Source of the DNA: the human T2T-CHM13v2.0 reference genome, Homo sapiens
Assembly: GCF_009914755.1 (NCBI RefSeq)
Contig: NC_060941.1
DNA: 64,000 nt
Strand: one strand, 5' to 3'
Shown: positions 41,974 to 58,252 of the stretch, piece by piece
Position numbering within the stretch: position 1 is the first letter of the stretch
Layout: the number at the start of each line of letters is the position of its first letter
Position numbers and translations under genes: made by a program
Notes under the pieces: model-generated
Databases searched by the model: none
Seen by the model: the letters and a program-made list of their open reading frames with translations, nothing else
Told to the model about the DNA's origin: nothing

Positions 41974-42174
41974 CTACACGGAAGTTGCTAATAACGTGCA
42001 GAAGGAGGAGACAGTCACCAACATCCAGTTTGTGCTGCTGGACTGTTCGCACCTCAAGTTCTCCCTGGTGCAGCACTGCAATGAATGGCAGAACAAGTTC
42101 GCGACTCTGCTCAGGGAGATGGCTGCTGGGCGCCTCCTGGAGCTGCACACCTACCTGAAGGAGAACGCAGAGAA
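41974..42174 (+). CDS. DNAH2: DNAH2 exon w19 (201 nt) RYTEVANNVQ...KENAE
   Basis: ttgcag|C...GAGAA|gtgcgg. Confidence 0.93.
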
Positions 42175-42259
42175 GTGCGGGCTGGGGCGCCCCACAGGAA
42201 GGGGGCAGGGGCAGGCACTGGGCCTTCCACTCACTAGCACTCCCTTTGCCCGCCTTCAG

Positions 42260-42416
42260 AATCAGCCGCCCTCCGCAGACACTGGAGGAACTGGGGGTCA
42301 GCTTGCAGCTCGTGGATGCCCTGAAGCACGACTTGGCCAACGTGGAGACTCAGATCCCTCCCATACACGAGCAATTTGCCATTCTTGAAAAGTACGAGGT
42401 GCCAGTCGAGGACAGT
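42260..42416 (+). CDS. DNAH2: DNAH2 exon w20 (157 nt) KISRPPQTLEELG...PVEDS
   Basis: cttcag|A...AGT|gtgagt. Confidence 0.93.
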
Positions 42417-42571
42417 GTGAGTTCCTTTGGTGTTTGGTTTACCTGGGACCCGTATCAGCAGCAGATTGCGGGGGAGGCCCTTGGCTGTCCTCGGGGAGAG
42501 TAGAGAAGTGACAGCAGGAGGAGACTCTAGATTTGAAAGCCAAAGCTAGCTCAAATGATACCTTTACTTAG

Positions 42572-42823
<252 letters not shown>

Positions 42824-42888
42824 TAAACTCCTGAACTCAAGCAATCTGCTGACCTCGGCCTCCCAAAGTGCTGGGATTACAGGTGTGA

Positions 42889-43137
<249 letters not shown>

Positions 43138-43317
43138 TGATCCTCCCACCTTGGCCTCCCAAAGTGCTGGGATCACAGGCGTGAGCCACCACACCCGGCC
43201 AGGGTTTCTTTTAGGCCTGGCAAACTCACACCTTGATTTTTTTAGCCCTTGTCACATGTGCAAAACTCGTCCCCAGACTCTGGTCTGGAGGATCAGAAAA
43301 GAGTCCTTAAAAACTTT

Positions 43318-43477
43318 CATGAGAGGGCAGACCTCCTGCTCCTGGTCATCCTCCACGCATGAGAGGGCAGACCTCCTGCTCCTGGTCATCCTCCACTCAT
43401 GAGAGGGCAGACCTCCTGCTCCTGGTCATCCTCCACGCATGAGAGGGCAGACCTCCTGCTCCTGGTCATCCTCCACT
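43318..43477 (+). repeat. Minisatellite, 4 x 40 bp
   Basis: Unit catgagagggcagacctcctgctcctggtcatcctccac(g/t). Confidence 0.97.
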
Positions 43478-43492
43478 CTCTGACTCCCCCAG

Positions 43493-43667
43493 GTCCTGGA
43501 GATGCTGGACAGTCTCAACGGGGAGTGGGTTGTCTTCCAACAAACTCTGCTGGACAGTAAGCAAATGCTGAAGAAACACAAGGAGAAATTCAAGACAGGC
43601 CTGATCCACTCGGCAGATGACTTCAAGAAGAAAGCACATACACTTCTGGAAGATTTCGAATTCAAAG
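43493..43667 (+). CDS. DNAH2: DNAH2 exon w21 (175 nt) [12 protein letters not shown]...EDFEFK
   Basis: ccccag|GTC...AAAG|gtactc. Confidence 0.93.
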
Positions 43668-43847
43668 GTACTCCTTGATCCACCTCTCCCGCTTCTTTAG
43701 CCTTTGTTTAGAGACCCCGCCTTCCAAGCCCAGGTCCTGGGAAGGCGAGAACTGGGAGGGGAGGAGGAGGGTCGGTGCTGGGGTGGGGGAAGAGCCTCCA
43801 CTCAGGAGCAAAGGAGGAGGACACTCAGTGGCTCTCGTTTTGGGTAG

Positions 43848-44099
<252 letters not shown>

Positions 44100-44419
44100 T
44101 GATCTCTTGACCTTGTGATCTGCCTGCCTCGGCCTCCCAAAGTACTGGAATTACAGGTGTGAGCCACCGCGCCCGGCCCGCATTTCTACTTTTCTTATCC
44201 CGACTTCCATATTCCATCTGTTCCTGACTCTCAAGCCACATTTAGGAGTTTTTGCTAAGATTAACCGTTATTCTTTCAACGCGTTCCCTCTTACTCTCCT
44301 TCCCTTCCCTCTCTCACGTGAGGAGAGAGGTGAGATTTGCCCACAAAGAGATAGGAGAGCCATGGCTGTCCTTGCCAGACGTGAGCGGGAAGCTGAGCTT
44401 CATCCTGAATCCTCCACAG

Positions 44420-44583
44420 GCCATTTCACCAGCAACGTGGGATACATGTCTGCCTTAGACCAGATTACACAAGTGCGGGCCATGCTGATGGCCATGCGGG
44501 AAGAGGAAAATAGTCTCCGAGCCAACCTGGGCATCTTCAAGATCGAGCAGCCACCCTCCAAGGACCTTCAGAACCTGGAGAAG
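44420..44583 (+). CDS. DNAH2: DNAH2 exon w22 (164 nt) GHFTSNVGY...LQNLEK
   Basis: ccacag|GC...AAG|gtggtg. Confidence 0.93.
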
Positions 44584-44738
44584 GTGGTGTGCTGAGCAAG
44601 GACCCTGTGGTCACTGTCGATAAGGGGCAGGGACAGGAGAATGGGTCCTTAGCTCCCACAAAGGCAGTGGGAAGGGAGAGGAGCTCACAAGGAGCTTTTG
44701 TTTGTTTCAGTTGAGGTAAAATTCATACAACAAAATTA

Positions 44739-44771
<33 letters not shown>

Positions 44772-44778
44772 GAGATAG

Positions 44779-45835
<1,057 letters not shown>

Positions 45836-46004
45836 TTGATAAGCTCTTAAGGCAACAGAGTGGAGAAAAATATGTGGACTGAGGAGGCCGCTGTATTATC
45901 TAGAGGGGAAGCTTCACAGAGCGAGAGCAGCGAAGGGCCTGGGCGTCCGTCAGGGAGGAAGAGGGCAGGTGCCACTTCATGCAACGCGCCTTTCTGCCCT
46001 GTAG

Positions 46005-46166
46005 GAGCTCGATGCCCTCCAGCAAATCTGGGAGATCGCACGAGACTGGGAGGAGAACTGGAATGAGTGGAAGACTGGCCGGTTCCTGATCCTGCAGACG
46101 GAAACCATGGAGACCACGGCCCACGGGCTGTTTCGTCGCCTCACAAAATTAGCCAAAGAGTATAAG
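46005..46166 (+). CDS. DNAH2: DNAH2 exon w23 (162 nt) ELDALQQIWE...AKEYK (start of DHC_N2)
   Basis: ctgtag|GAG...AAG|gtgggg. Confidence 0.94.
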
Positions 46167-46268
46167 GTGGGGAGAAACGGCGGGGAGGCGGAAGAGAAGC
46201 TGGTGGAGGATCTGGGTCTGTTCCCAGGGAGGTCGTCGGGTCTTCTCATGCCCCCAACTTTTGCTCAG

Positions 46269-46372
46269 GACCGAAACTGGGAAATTATTGAAACCACTCG
46301 CTCAAAAATAGAGCAGTTCAAGAGGACCATGCCTCTCATCTCAGACCTGCGGAACCCTGCCCTTAGAGAGAG
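46269..46372 (+). CDS. DNAH2: DNAH2 exon w24 (104 nt) DRNWEII...DLRNPALRE
   Basis: gctcag|GAC...GAGAG|gtgagg; LRNPALRERHW motif. Confidence 0.95.
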
Positions 46373-46519
46373 GTGAGGCTTCTCCTCTGCTCCGGGGTGT
46401 CCACTCTGCCCCGCTGGCCTGCGCCACCACTTGGTCCCTCCCATTCTCCTCTCCGCAGTGTTCACAGCCCTCTCTTCCCCTCTGTCCACAAATGTATGTC
46501 TTTTTCTCTTTCCTCTTTT

Positions 46520-47115
46520 TAACATTTAATTTTGATGGACGCATGAAAATTGCATACACTTTGGTGTACAGCATAATGTTTTGAAATATGTACACATTGT
46601 AGAATGGCTAAATTGAGCTAATTATCATATGCATTACCTCACATACCTATTTTTTGTAGTGAGAGTACTGAAAAGCTACTCTCAGTGATTTTCAAGTATA
46701 CAATAGATTGTTATTAACCATTGTTGCCATGATGTACAGGAGATCATCCCTCTTGTCTAACTGAAATTTTGTGTCCTTTGACCAACACCTCCCGAACTTT
46801 CCACCTACCACCCCCAGCCCCTGGTAACCAGCAATCGACTCTGCTTCTGTGAGTTCAACCTGTTCAGACTTTACATATGACATATGAGTGCGATCATGCG
46901 GTGTTTGTCTTTCTTCGCCTGGCTTATTTCGCTTAGCATAATGTCCTCCAGGTTCTTCCATGTTGTTGCAAATGACAGGATTTTCTTCTTTCCTGAGGCT
47001 GAAGAGTATTTCTTTGTATATATACACCACATTTTCATCCTCCATTCATCGCTTGATGGACACTTAGGGTGATTCCACATCTTAGCTATTGCAAATAGTG
47101 CTCAGCGAACATGTG
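46520..47115 (-). mobile_element. L1MA-like 3' fragment
   Basis: attgtagaatggctaaattgagcta...tgagtgcgatcatgcggtgtttgtc...ttccatgttgttgcaaatgacagg. Confidence 0.85.
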
Positions 47116-48356
47116 GCGCAGACACCAAGCCTGCCACTGTCCTCTGCTTCTTGCACTGTCTCGGGTCATCCAGCCTTGCTGACTTCTTGTTCTCTGACCC
47201 CTGCCCTGGGGCCTCCCTCTCTCTGAAAGGGAGTTGTCTATCATGACTAAGTCTTATGTCTTTTTTTTTCCTTTTTTTGTGGGGGAGACAAAGTCTCACT
47301 CTGTTGCCCAGGCTGGGGTGCAGTGCTGTGATCTCGGCTCACTGTAACCTTCACCTCGCGGGTTCAAGCAATTCTTGTGCCTCAGCCTCCCAAGTAGCTG
47401 GGATTACAGGCACCTGCCACCATGCTCTGCTAATTTTTGTATTTTTAGTAGAGATGGGGTTTTGCCATGTTGCCCAAGATGGTCTTGAACTCCTGGCCTC
47501 AAGTGATCCGCTCGCCTTGGCCTCCCAAAGTGCTGGGATTACAGGCATGAGCCACCGTGCCCGTCCCGCCTTATGTCTTTTGTTATACAAAAGATTTTAT
47601 TTTGAGGTAGCCAGAAGTATAACTTTCTTTCTGTATGGTTTTTGCCTTTGTGCCTTGTTTAGGAAGACCTTTCCTATCCCAAAGTTACAAATACATCCTC
47701 TTCATTCTTTCCTCTAATGCTTTGTGTTTCTCAGGTTTAACTCTTTTAATTCATCTGGAATTTATTATATGGCAGAGGATGTATCTCAAACCATTGGGGA
47801 TAGATTTATAAAAATAAAGTAATTTTTATAAATGGTGTTTCAATCATGATCTATCCATTTAAGAGAAAATAATTTTACTTCTTTGTCTTTCTTCCAGTAT
47901 AACGTTTTTGGCAATGCCAAACCATTAAGTGTTATACGGTTATGTATAACCTAACCACTTTATTTGCTTACATTATTTAACCTCTCTAAGCCTCAGTTTT
48001 CTCATCTGTAAATGGAATAATAATAATTCCTAATTTATAGAGTAGCCGTGAGAATGATATGAGATGTTTCATGTAAGGCCTTTACTCAGTACAGTTCTAG
48101 AGTAAACCTGCGGTGATTCATTGTGTGTTTTGTGGGCACACCTGCCTTAACTTCCTCTCCAGAGAATCCACTCCTGGAGGGTTTCACCTCAATCTTCGTA
48201 TTCCCCTGGTGCCTAAGATTGCATCTTCGAGCCTGTTTAGCAAAATGAGTTGAATCATGAATTGGTAACTATGCAGAATCATAGTGTCCCAGTGGGAGAC
48301 AGCAATGGAGTGATGGTAACTCTCCTGACCTCACACCCTCCTGTTCCTGGCTGCAG

Positions 48357-48513
48357 GCACTGGGACCAGGTCCGGGATGAGATCCAGCGGGAGTTTGATC
48401 AGGAATCTGAAAGCTTCACCTTGGAGCAGATTGTGGAGCTTGGGATGGATCAGCATGTGGAGAAAATTGGGGAGATCTCTGCTTCAGCAACTAAAGAGCT
48501 GGCTATAGAAGTG
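48357..48513 (+). CDS. DNAH2: DNAH2 exon w25 (157 nt) RHWDQVRD...KELAIEV
   Basis: ctgcag|G...GTG|gtacga. Confidence 0.94.
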
Positions 48514-48661
48514 GTACGACAGTCCCCTCCCATGCTCCCACACCTCCTGCGCCTCCTGGAGCACAGGCTCCAGCTGTTCATCATCTGATGGCGCCTCTCA
48601 GCTCCTGTTCCCCTTAGTGAAGAGATACCTGACTGCTGTGTCCCCCAATTTCTCTCCACAG

Positions 48662-48744
48662 GCTTTACAAAACATTGCCAAGACCTGGGATGTGACTCAG
48701 CTCGACATAGTACCCTACAAGGATAAGGGCCATCATCGGCTCAG
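48662..48744 (+). CDS. DNAH2: DNAH2 exon w26 (83 nt) ALQNIAKTW...GHHRL
   Basis: ccacag|GCT...CTCAG|gtcagg. Confidence 0.93.
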
Positions 48745-48857
48745 GTCAGGGGAGCTGGGGCTCTAGGAGAATGGAGGGCTGTGTGACCCAGGCTGCAGAG
48801 TGGGACCAAGGTTGGGCAGGTGGGGATGAACTATGATTTTGACCCCTTGTGTCTCAG

Positions 48858-49038
48858 AGGTACAGAAGAAGTATTCCAGGCACTGGAAGATAACCAGGTA
48901 GCTCTGTCTACCATGAAGGCATCACGCTTTGTCAAGGCCTTTGAGAAGGATGTGGACCACTGGGAACGCTGCCTCTCCCTCATTTTGGAGGTTATTGAGA
49001 TGATTCTCACAGTGCAGCGTCAGTGGATGTACTTAGAG
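48858..49038 (+). CDS. DNAH2: DNAH2 exon w27 (181 nt) RGTEEVFQ...VQRQWMYLE
   Basis: tctcag|A...GAG|gtcagg; VQRxWxYLE motif. Confidence 0.95.
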
Positions 49039-49434
49039 GTCAGGACTCAGCGCCTGAGCTCTTCCTGCTTCCTGCTCTTACTCCTTCTTTTTCTTAAGAC
49101 CTAGATTTTGCCCTGTTATCAGCCTCATTCTCCTACCTTTAAAGTCACTCTTCATCTAGGACCCAGCTGTCTGATTCTTAGTTATTACCTCTCACCTTAG
49201 ATTCCCTCCGTAACAAGTTTTTGTTCTTCTCAGATTTTTCTTCCAGTTTTCTTCTTAGACCCAGGTAGCTGGCCCCCTACCTCCAGCTTTCCTTGTAGAA
49301 CTTGGGCATCTTGGCCTTTGACTTCTAGCACTCTGTATCTTCTACCCAACTGTCACCCACAATCTGGGAACAGGGAGCAGAGGGTGGAGAGTGTGTAAGA
49401 AGTGGCCTCTCACCCCAACTTTTGGCCCCCTCAG

Positions 49435-49573
49435 AATATCTTCCTAGGAGAAGACATCCGCAAGCAGCTGCCCAATGAATCGACCTTATTTGACCAGGTC
49501 AACAGCAACTGGAAAGCCATCATGGACAGGATGAACAAGGACAACAATGCTCTCCGGAGCACCCATCACCCAG
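49435..49573 (+). CDS. DNAH2: DNAH2 exon w28 (139 nt) NIFLGEDIRKQLP...STHHP
   Basis: cctcag|AAT...CCAG|gtcaga. Confidence 0.95.
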
Positions 49574-49807
49574 GTCAGAGCTCCAGGGCTCCTGCCCTGA
49601 CACAGCCTCGGCAGGCACTCTGCTTGGTCATGGTTGTGTGCTTCATTTATTAAAAAGACTGATGCCCCCAGCTCTCCTAACATTTCCCATCTCCATCACT
49701 TCTTCTAAGCATTAGATCATAATTCTGTAAATTAAACTCAACAAATATTTGAGTGGAGTATAATAATGTAGTGGTTAAGAGCATGGGATATGGAATCAGT
49801 CAGATGA

Positions 49808-50047
<240 letters not shown>

Positions 50048-51036
50048 TGACCTCAGGTGATTCACCTCCCTCAGCCTCCCAAAGTTCTGGGATTACAGGT
50101 GTGGGACACTGAGCCCAGCCTACGTTGACTTTCTTTTAGCAGATTAACTAGCCTTCAGCCATGGGATGGGGTAGGGTATGGGGAAGAAAGGGATGAACAC
50201 ACGGCAAGATGAACACATAGTGAGGCCTGGTCGACTGGGGGAGACTGGGGTAGACAATCCGGGAGTCAGGTTTGACAGCGGGCACCTAGAATGGGCATCC
50301 TGTGCAGAAGAATTCTGGTGGGGGTGCAGAGGACCTCTTTATTTTACCTAGGGCTAGTCTTAACAGTGCTTCATTTTCCCAAGAGCCTTCAGTATACACA
50401 TCAATAAAAATAATTTTAATTATTCTGATAAAAGATAAACATGAAAAGTTATGGTATGCAAAGTTGAATGACAACAACTGATACTATTTGAAATAATTGA
50501 CAGAATTATATTCCGTAACAATTTATAAGCAAAGCCAAAAAAACAATGATCCCTTTGTTGAATGCACAGAACAAATCCATCTTGTCCACGGCTACTGAGC
50601 ATGCCTGTGATCTCCAGGGGTCACTCAGGTTTGACTCAAAGGATCCAACAGCCTGTAGACCCTGTGCTTGAAGGCATGAGGGTCACCTCTGAGTTCACAC
50701 TCACTAGTGTCCCTCCTTTCTTCAGAAAGCTAGGAACTGGGAAGACAAGGGGAAAATCAATCAAGGCCTGAGGTATGGGGCTGTAGGCTGGGAGGAAACT
50801 AACATTATTGAGAAGCTACTGATGTGAATACATTTCAATTACTACTCACATTGGTTTTTTGTTTGTTTGTTTGTTTGTTTGTTTTTTAAGACGGAGTTTT
50901 GCTCTCGTTGCCCAGGCTGGAGTGCAATGGAATGATCTAAGGTCACCACAACCTCCACCTCCCGGTTCAAGCAATTCTCCTGCCTCAGCCTCCCAAGTAG
51001 CTGGGACTACAGGCGTGTGCCACCACACCCAGCTAA

Positions 51037-51183
<147 letters not shown>

Positions 51184-51558
51184 TGAGATGGATTTTATTG
51201 CCATTTTGTACACAAAAAGGTCAAAACTCAGTGAGGTGAATTGACATGACAGTAAGTGAAAGAACTACTATCTGATTGGGGGTCTTCTGCCGCCTGCTCT
51301 GGGACTCTTTCTGCTATGACATGAAGGACATTGGCAACCCCAGTCCTTGCAGATTTCTTTCACTGTGTGCACATGCCATGTATCTAAATAAAATTATTTA
51401 GCTTGCTAGATTGTGTAAGTGGAGGGTAATCTCTACTTTTCAGAAGCTCTTGGGTTGGCCAGTGGATCCCCAAGTTCTTCCTCCAGCCCTTCTTTTCTTT
51501 TTTGCCTATGGGAAATCTAGGAAGACGGACCCCCAAGTTCTTAGGTGGGTGTGTTATA

Positions 51559-52595
<1,037 letters not shown>

Positions 52596-52855
52596 TATTA
52601 ATGAAATCATATATGATGTATCAATGCATAAACGGTAACATGTACAATAGTGCATAATGAATACTGTAATGAATTAACAGAGAGAATGGGTTGAGCATGT
52701 TAGACGGTCTGGGGATACTTCTCTGCGTCCAGAAACCCTCATGGCAGTCTGTGCCCCACTGTTCAAGAGCTGGCAAAGAACACAGAGTTGGGGCATCCAG
52801 ATCCGCCCAGGGCAGTGGAAATGAATCAAATGTCATTCATCGCTCTTCTTCCCAG

Positions 52856-53073
52856 GCCTCCTGGACACATTGATAGAAATGAATACAATCCTGGAAGATA
52901 TTCAGAAATCTCTGGATATGTATTTAGAGACCAAGCGACATATTTTCCCCCGCTTCTACTTCTTGTCCAATGATGACCTGCTGGAGATTCTGGGCCAGTC
53001 CCGAAACCCAGAGGCTGTGCAGCCACACCTCAAAAAATGCTTTGACAACATCAAGTTGCTGAGAATCCAGAAG
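52856..53073 (+). CDS. DNAH2: DNAH2 exon w29 (218 nt) GLLDTLIE...FPRFYFLSNDDLLEIL...RIQK
   Basis: tcccag|GC...AAG|gtcagt; FPRFYFLS linker motif. Confidence 0.96.
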
Positions 53074-53337
53074 GTCAGTAGAAGTGGCCACAGTGAGATG
53101 CTGGGTGGCGAAGGGAGGGTGTTGGGGTATGAAAAGCTTTGGAGGGGACCCTGCCCTCCCAAAAGGAGGGCCATGTTAATTAATGATTCTCAATTCTCAG
53201 GGGGATAGAACTTCTTAGAATTGGTAATATTGAGAGGAGGGGAGAGGAGCAGTAATTATCCTCAAAAGGCCCCAGGACTTCTAGGCGGACACCAAGGGTG
53301 GGCAGGCCAGGCTCTGAGTAGCTTCTGCTTTCTGCAG

Positions 53338-53439
53338 GTTGGAGGGCCCAGCAGCAAATGGGAAGCTGTGGGGATGTTCTCGGGCGACGGCGAGTACATT
53401 GACTTCCTCCACTCAGTATTTTTAGAAGGCCCTGTGGAG
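53338..53439 (+). CDS. DNAH2: DNAH2 exon w30 (102 nt) VGGPSSKWE...EGPVE
   Basis: ctgcag|GTT...GAG|gtgagt. Confidence 0.95.
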
Positions 53440-53621
53440 GTGAGTTGTGGTGAGGGTCTGAGGACCTAGCTGATTCTTCTTCCTACAGAAAGTTCACCTG
53501 GGTCGGGCGCAGTGGCTCACACTTGTAATCCCAGCACTTTGGGAGGCTGAGGTGGGCAGATCACCTGAGGTCGGGAGTTTGAGACCAGCCTGACCAACAT
53601 GGAGAAACCCCGTTTCTGCTA

Positions 53622-54558
<937 letters not shown>

Positions 54559-54874
54559 CTAAAAAAAGAGAAAAAAAGAAAGAAATGAAGAAATGAGGGA
54601 ACGAGAAGATGGAGTTAAAAGGAGGTGGCCAGTGGAAAGACAGAATCTTGAGTCTCACACAGTGTGGTTTCTTACCCCCCTTTCTGAGCTGTGGCTCTGG
54701 TACACTCCAAGCTGGACCCTTAGCTCCTGACCTGAGGCCCATGTCCCATCCTTCAGAGCAGATTGGGTGCAGTTGGGAGAGGCACATGGTTCTTGAATTA
54801 GCTGGGACTTGGGAGCTGGGCTGTGCGTGTAGCCAAGGACAGGGCTTTGGGACGTGGCTTCTGCACATCCCCAG

Positions 54875-54985
54875 GTGGTGATCACTGCCAGTCAGATCCA
54901 GTGGACGGCTGATGTCACCAAGTGCCTGCTGACAGCAAAGGAGCGGGCAGACAAGAAAATCCTCAAGGTCATGAAGAAGAACCAG
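54875..54985 (+). CDS. DNAH2: DNAH2 exon w32 (111 nt) [11 protein letters not shown]...MKKNQ
   Basis: ccccag|GTG...CAG|gtgaga. Confidence 0.95.
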
Positions 54986-55541
54986 GTGAGAGGCTGGGCG
55001 CACTGGCTCATGCTTGTAATCCCAGCACTTTGGGAGGCAGAGGTGGTAGGAGCCCACTCGCTTGAGCCCAGGAGTTCGAGACCAGCCTGGGCAATATGGT
55101 GAAACCCCTTCTTTACCAAAAAATACAAAAATTAGCTGGTGGCACACCCAGGAGGTTGAGGCTGCAGTGAGCTAAGATCGTACCACTGCACTCCAGCCTG
55201 GGCGACAGAACAAGACTCTGTCTCAAAAAAAAAAAAAAAGAAAGAAAAGAAAAGAAAAGAAAAAAGTAGGTGGGTGCTCTGCAAGTATGGGCTAGGCCTG
55301 GAGCTAGAATTGCAGGGAGGGAGCAGTCAGAATTAGAGGTGAGCTGGTGGAAAAGGGCCAGAGCGAGGGTGCTTTATGATGGAAGTCCAGTGGGGGCAGT
55401 CCGTGGTAGAGCAGAATTACCAGGAGTTACAGCAGGTGGGGTCAGCACCGGGTTGGAAGCGGTGCTGGGTAGGGGCAAGGGTTGATCAGGCTTTGGCGGC
55501 ATTGCTCTGTCTGCTCTCTTCCCTGCTGCTTCATGCCACAG

Positions 55542-55730
55542 GTGTCAATCCTGAATAAGTATTCAGAAGCCATCAGGGGGAACTTGACCAAGATCATGCG
55601 GCTTAAAATTGTGGCTCTGGTGACGATAGAAATTCATGCCCGGGATGTGTTGGAGAAGCTTTACAAGAGTGGCCTCATGGATGTCAATTCCTTTGACTGG
55701 CTCAGCCAACTTCGGTTCTACTGGGAGAAG
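55542..55730 (+). CDS. DNAH2: DNAH2 exon w33 (189 nt) VSILNKY...IHARDV...FDWLSQLRFYWEK
   Basis: ccacag|GTG...AAG|gtgcca; HARD and FxWxxQLRFY motifs. Confidence 0.95.
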
Positions 55731-56172
55731 GTGCCAGATGGGCCACCTCCCCACTCTCTTACCGTAAAATGGATCCTAATGCTTTTATTGCATCCATGTT
55801 CTGTAAATGCAAGGATATCCTAAGCCAACCCTTAGTCCTGTCCCACTACCCTAATCCGGTTCTTCCTTCCATCTCCTCCCCACAATCAGGAGTGGCAAGT
55901 AGTTGTCCCAGTCAGGGCTCACTATGAATGTCACTTGAACAGGACTCAGAAACACTCCAGGCAGCTGCTGCATTGGGTCGGGGTGGATGTGCAACATGAA
56001 ACCCATTTTCCATCTTGCCCATAAACCGCTCCCCTTTTCAACTCTAAAAGGGAACCCCTGATCCCTTCACTGCAGCCTCCCTGACAACTCTGAGCCCCAC
56101 TCTCAGTCATTGTCCCAGCTCTAACTCTCCTTCCAAGCCCACCTCTCTCTTTTTCTGCGCTGTTTTCCCCAG

Positions 56173-56276
56173 GATCTTGATGACTGTGTGATCCGCCAGA
56201 CCAACACGCAATTTCAGTATAATTATGAGTACTTGGGTAACTCGGGCCGGCTCGTCATCACCCCCCTGACGGACAG
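56173..56276 (+). CDS. DNAH2: DNAH2 exon w34 (104 nt) DLDDCVIRQ...[17 protein letters not shown]
   Basis: ccccag|GAT...GACAG|gtctgc; start of AAA1. Confidence 0.96.
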
Positions 56277-56375
56277 GTCTGCCATGTGGGATGAATGAGG
56301 TGGCTGGGGTGGGGGGCAGCAGAAGCTGAGAGAGGCTTCCAGGAGTCTGACTCTAGTTCTGTCCTCAATTCTCAG

Positions 56376-56565
56376 GTGTTACATGACACTGACCACGGCA
56401 TTGCACCTGCACCGAGGGGGCTCCCCCAAAGGCCCTGCAGGCACAGGCAAGACCGAGACCGTCAAGGACCTGGGCAAGGCCCTGGGCATATATGTCATTG
56501 TGGTCAACTGCTCTGAGGGCCTGGACTACAAGTCCATGGGCCGAATGTACTCAGGTCTGGCCCAG
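56376..56565 (+). CDS. DNAH2: DNAH2 exon w35 (190 nt), AAA1 Walker A GPAGTGKT
   Basis: tctcag|G...CAG|gtcagt. Confidence 0.97.
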
Positions 56566-56667
56566 GTCAGTATCCTGCCACCCTGTGCCAGAAGCCCCTT
56601 AAATACCTTTTCGTCCCAGAAAATAAACTGAAACCCAAATCTGGTTCAGTGCTTTGTAGCTTCATGA

Positions 56668-56901
<234 letters not shown>

Positions 56902-57338
56902 TGATCCACCTGTCTCGGCCTCCCAAAGTGCTGGGATTACAGGCGTGAGCCACTGCGCCCAGCCACGTATAATTCTTACAACTAGGAAAGTCCCTTCCCC
57001 TTCCTGAGCTTCATGTAGCTTATTTGCAAAATCAGAAGATTATAAAGGATTAAAGAAAATAATGTGTGTTAACTGGAGCAGAGTAGACAGTGCACACAAG
57101 TTCCCTACCCCAGTCTCTTTCCAACCCACACCTTTTCTAGCATCACCCCAGATTGGCCCCATCTGATGGAAAGTTCTGGCCAGAAGCTACAACAGTGTAC
57201 TCTGGTGCCCTCCTCCTTGCCCCCTAGTCTGGAGGCCGCCTCGCCTATTGAAACATTTGAAGGAAGGGTGCGTTAATCACGCTTTCTAGCCTCTTGGGGC
57301 ACCTCTCGCTCCCAGTGACTCTGCCTTGCACCCCGCAG

Positions 57339-57519
57339 ACTGGAGCTTGGGGCTGCTTTGATGAGTTTAACCGCATCAACATCGAGGTGCTGTCAGTGGT
57401 GGCCCACCAGATCCTGTGCATCCTGTCTGCCCTGGCTGCCGGCCTCACCCATTTCCATTTTGATGGCTTTGAAATAAATCTGGTGTGGTCCTGTGGGATC
57501 TTCATTACCATGAATCCTG
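57339..57519 (+). CDS. DNAH2: DNAH2 exon w36 (181 nt), AAA1 Walker [10 protein letters not shown]...FITMNP
   Basis: ccgcag|ACT...CCTG|gtaggt. Confidence 0.97.
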
Positions 57520-58252
57520 GTAGGTGGCAGGGAGTGGATGGGACTCCTGGGGTGGGAAGAACTGGGTGTTCAGGGGAAATAACTGCGCATCCTCCTCTTC
57601 CCCCTTCCATGCGAATGTATATAGCTAAGTGAAGTCTGGCTAAAGATAGCAAAGGGGAGAGAAGGATAAACACAACTTTCCGGGAGAAGGGGAAGCAATC
57701 TTACTGTTTTCCCCAAAGGGATTAATAACCACTTATGTGTGTATATGTAGCCCTCATCTTTTAAGATACTTAGCTTTCTTCTCCCTTTAGGCTAGCTCCA
57801 AGAGTTCTGGTCTCTCTGCCATCTCTTTTGCAGCAGGCTCTAGGGTCTCTCATTACTGTTTCCTAGGAACAACTCTGGGGGAAGGGTCTAGGACAGCACA
57901 GGGATAGGAAAGGGTTTAGGAACTGAACAAAGAGGAACAGCTGTGATTTCTATTAGGACTGATGAGAGCTATACACACAGAACCTGGAGAGATGGGAAAT
58001 TGACAGCTCTGTGATTTGAGTTTGAAACAAGGCCATGCAGAAAGTAAGGAAAGGACCAGAGATAAGAGAGAAGACCAAAGTGGACTGGGAAGGGCTGGGG
58101 CTGAGATGAGAAAGGATGTGGTCTTGGAGTTGGAGAGAAAGTTAGGGATGGAGTTAGGGTGGGAGAAAATGAGACTGATTGGAAAGTGGGTTTGGGGAAG
58201 CAAATCAAGATGAGGAAATATATGATTCTAAGCAAGTGGCATTGTTTTCCAG

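Noticed and set aside
43318-43477. CRISPR-like regular repeat
   Set aside because: Contiguous tandem units without spacers in human DNA; it is a VNTR
46692-47080. ORFs MEDENVVYIY... and MWNHPKCPSS...
   Set aside because: Degenerate L1 ORF2 C-terminus
56570-56577. U12-like donor GTATCCTG 4 nt downstream of the w35 donor
   Set aside because: Would shift the frame, imperfect consensus, and no U12 branch site seen before w36
57858-57871. RFX X-box-like palindrome gtttcctaggaac (similar half-site near 8137)
   Set aside because: Imperfect half-sites, expected by chance in 64 kb, far from the promoter
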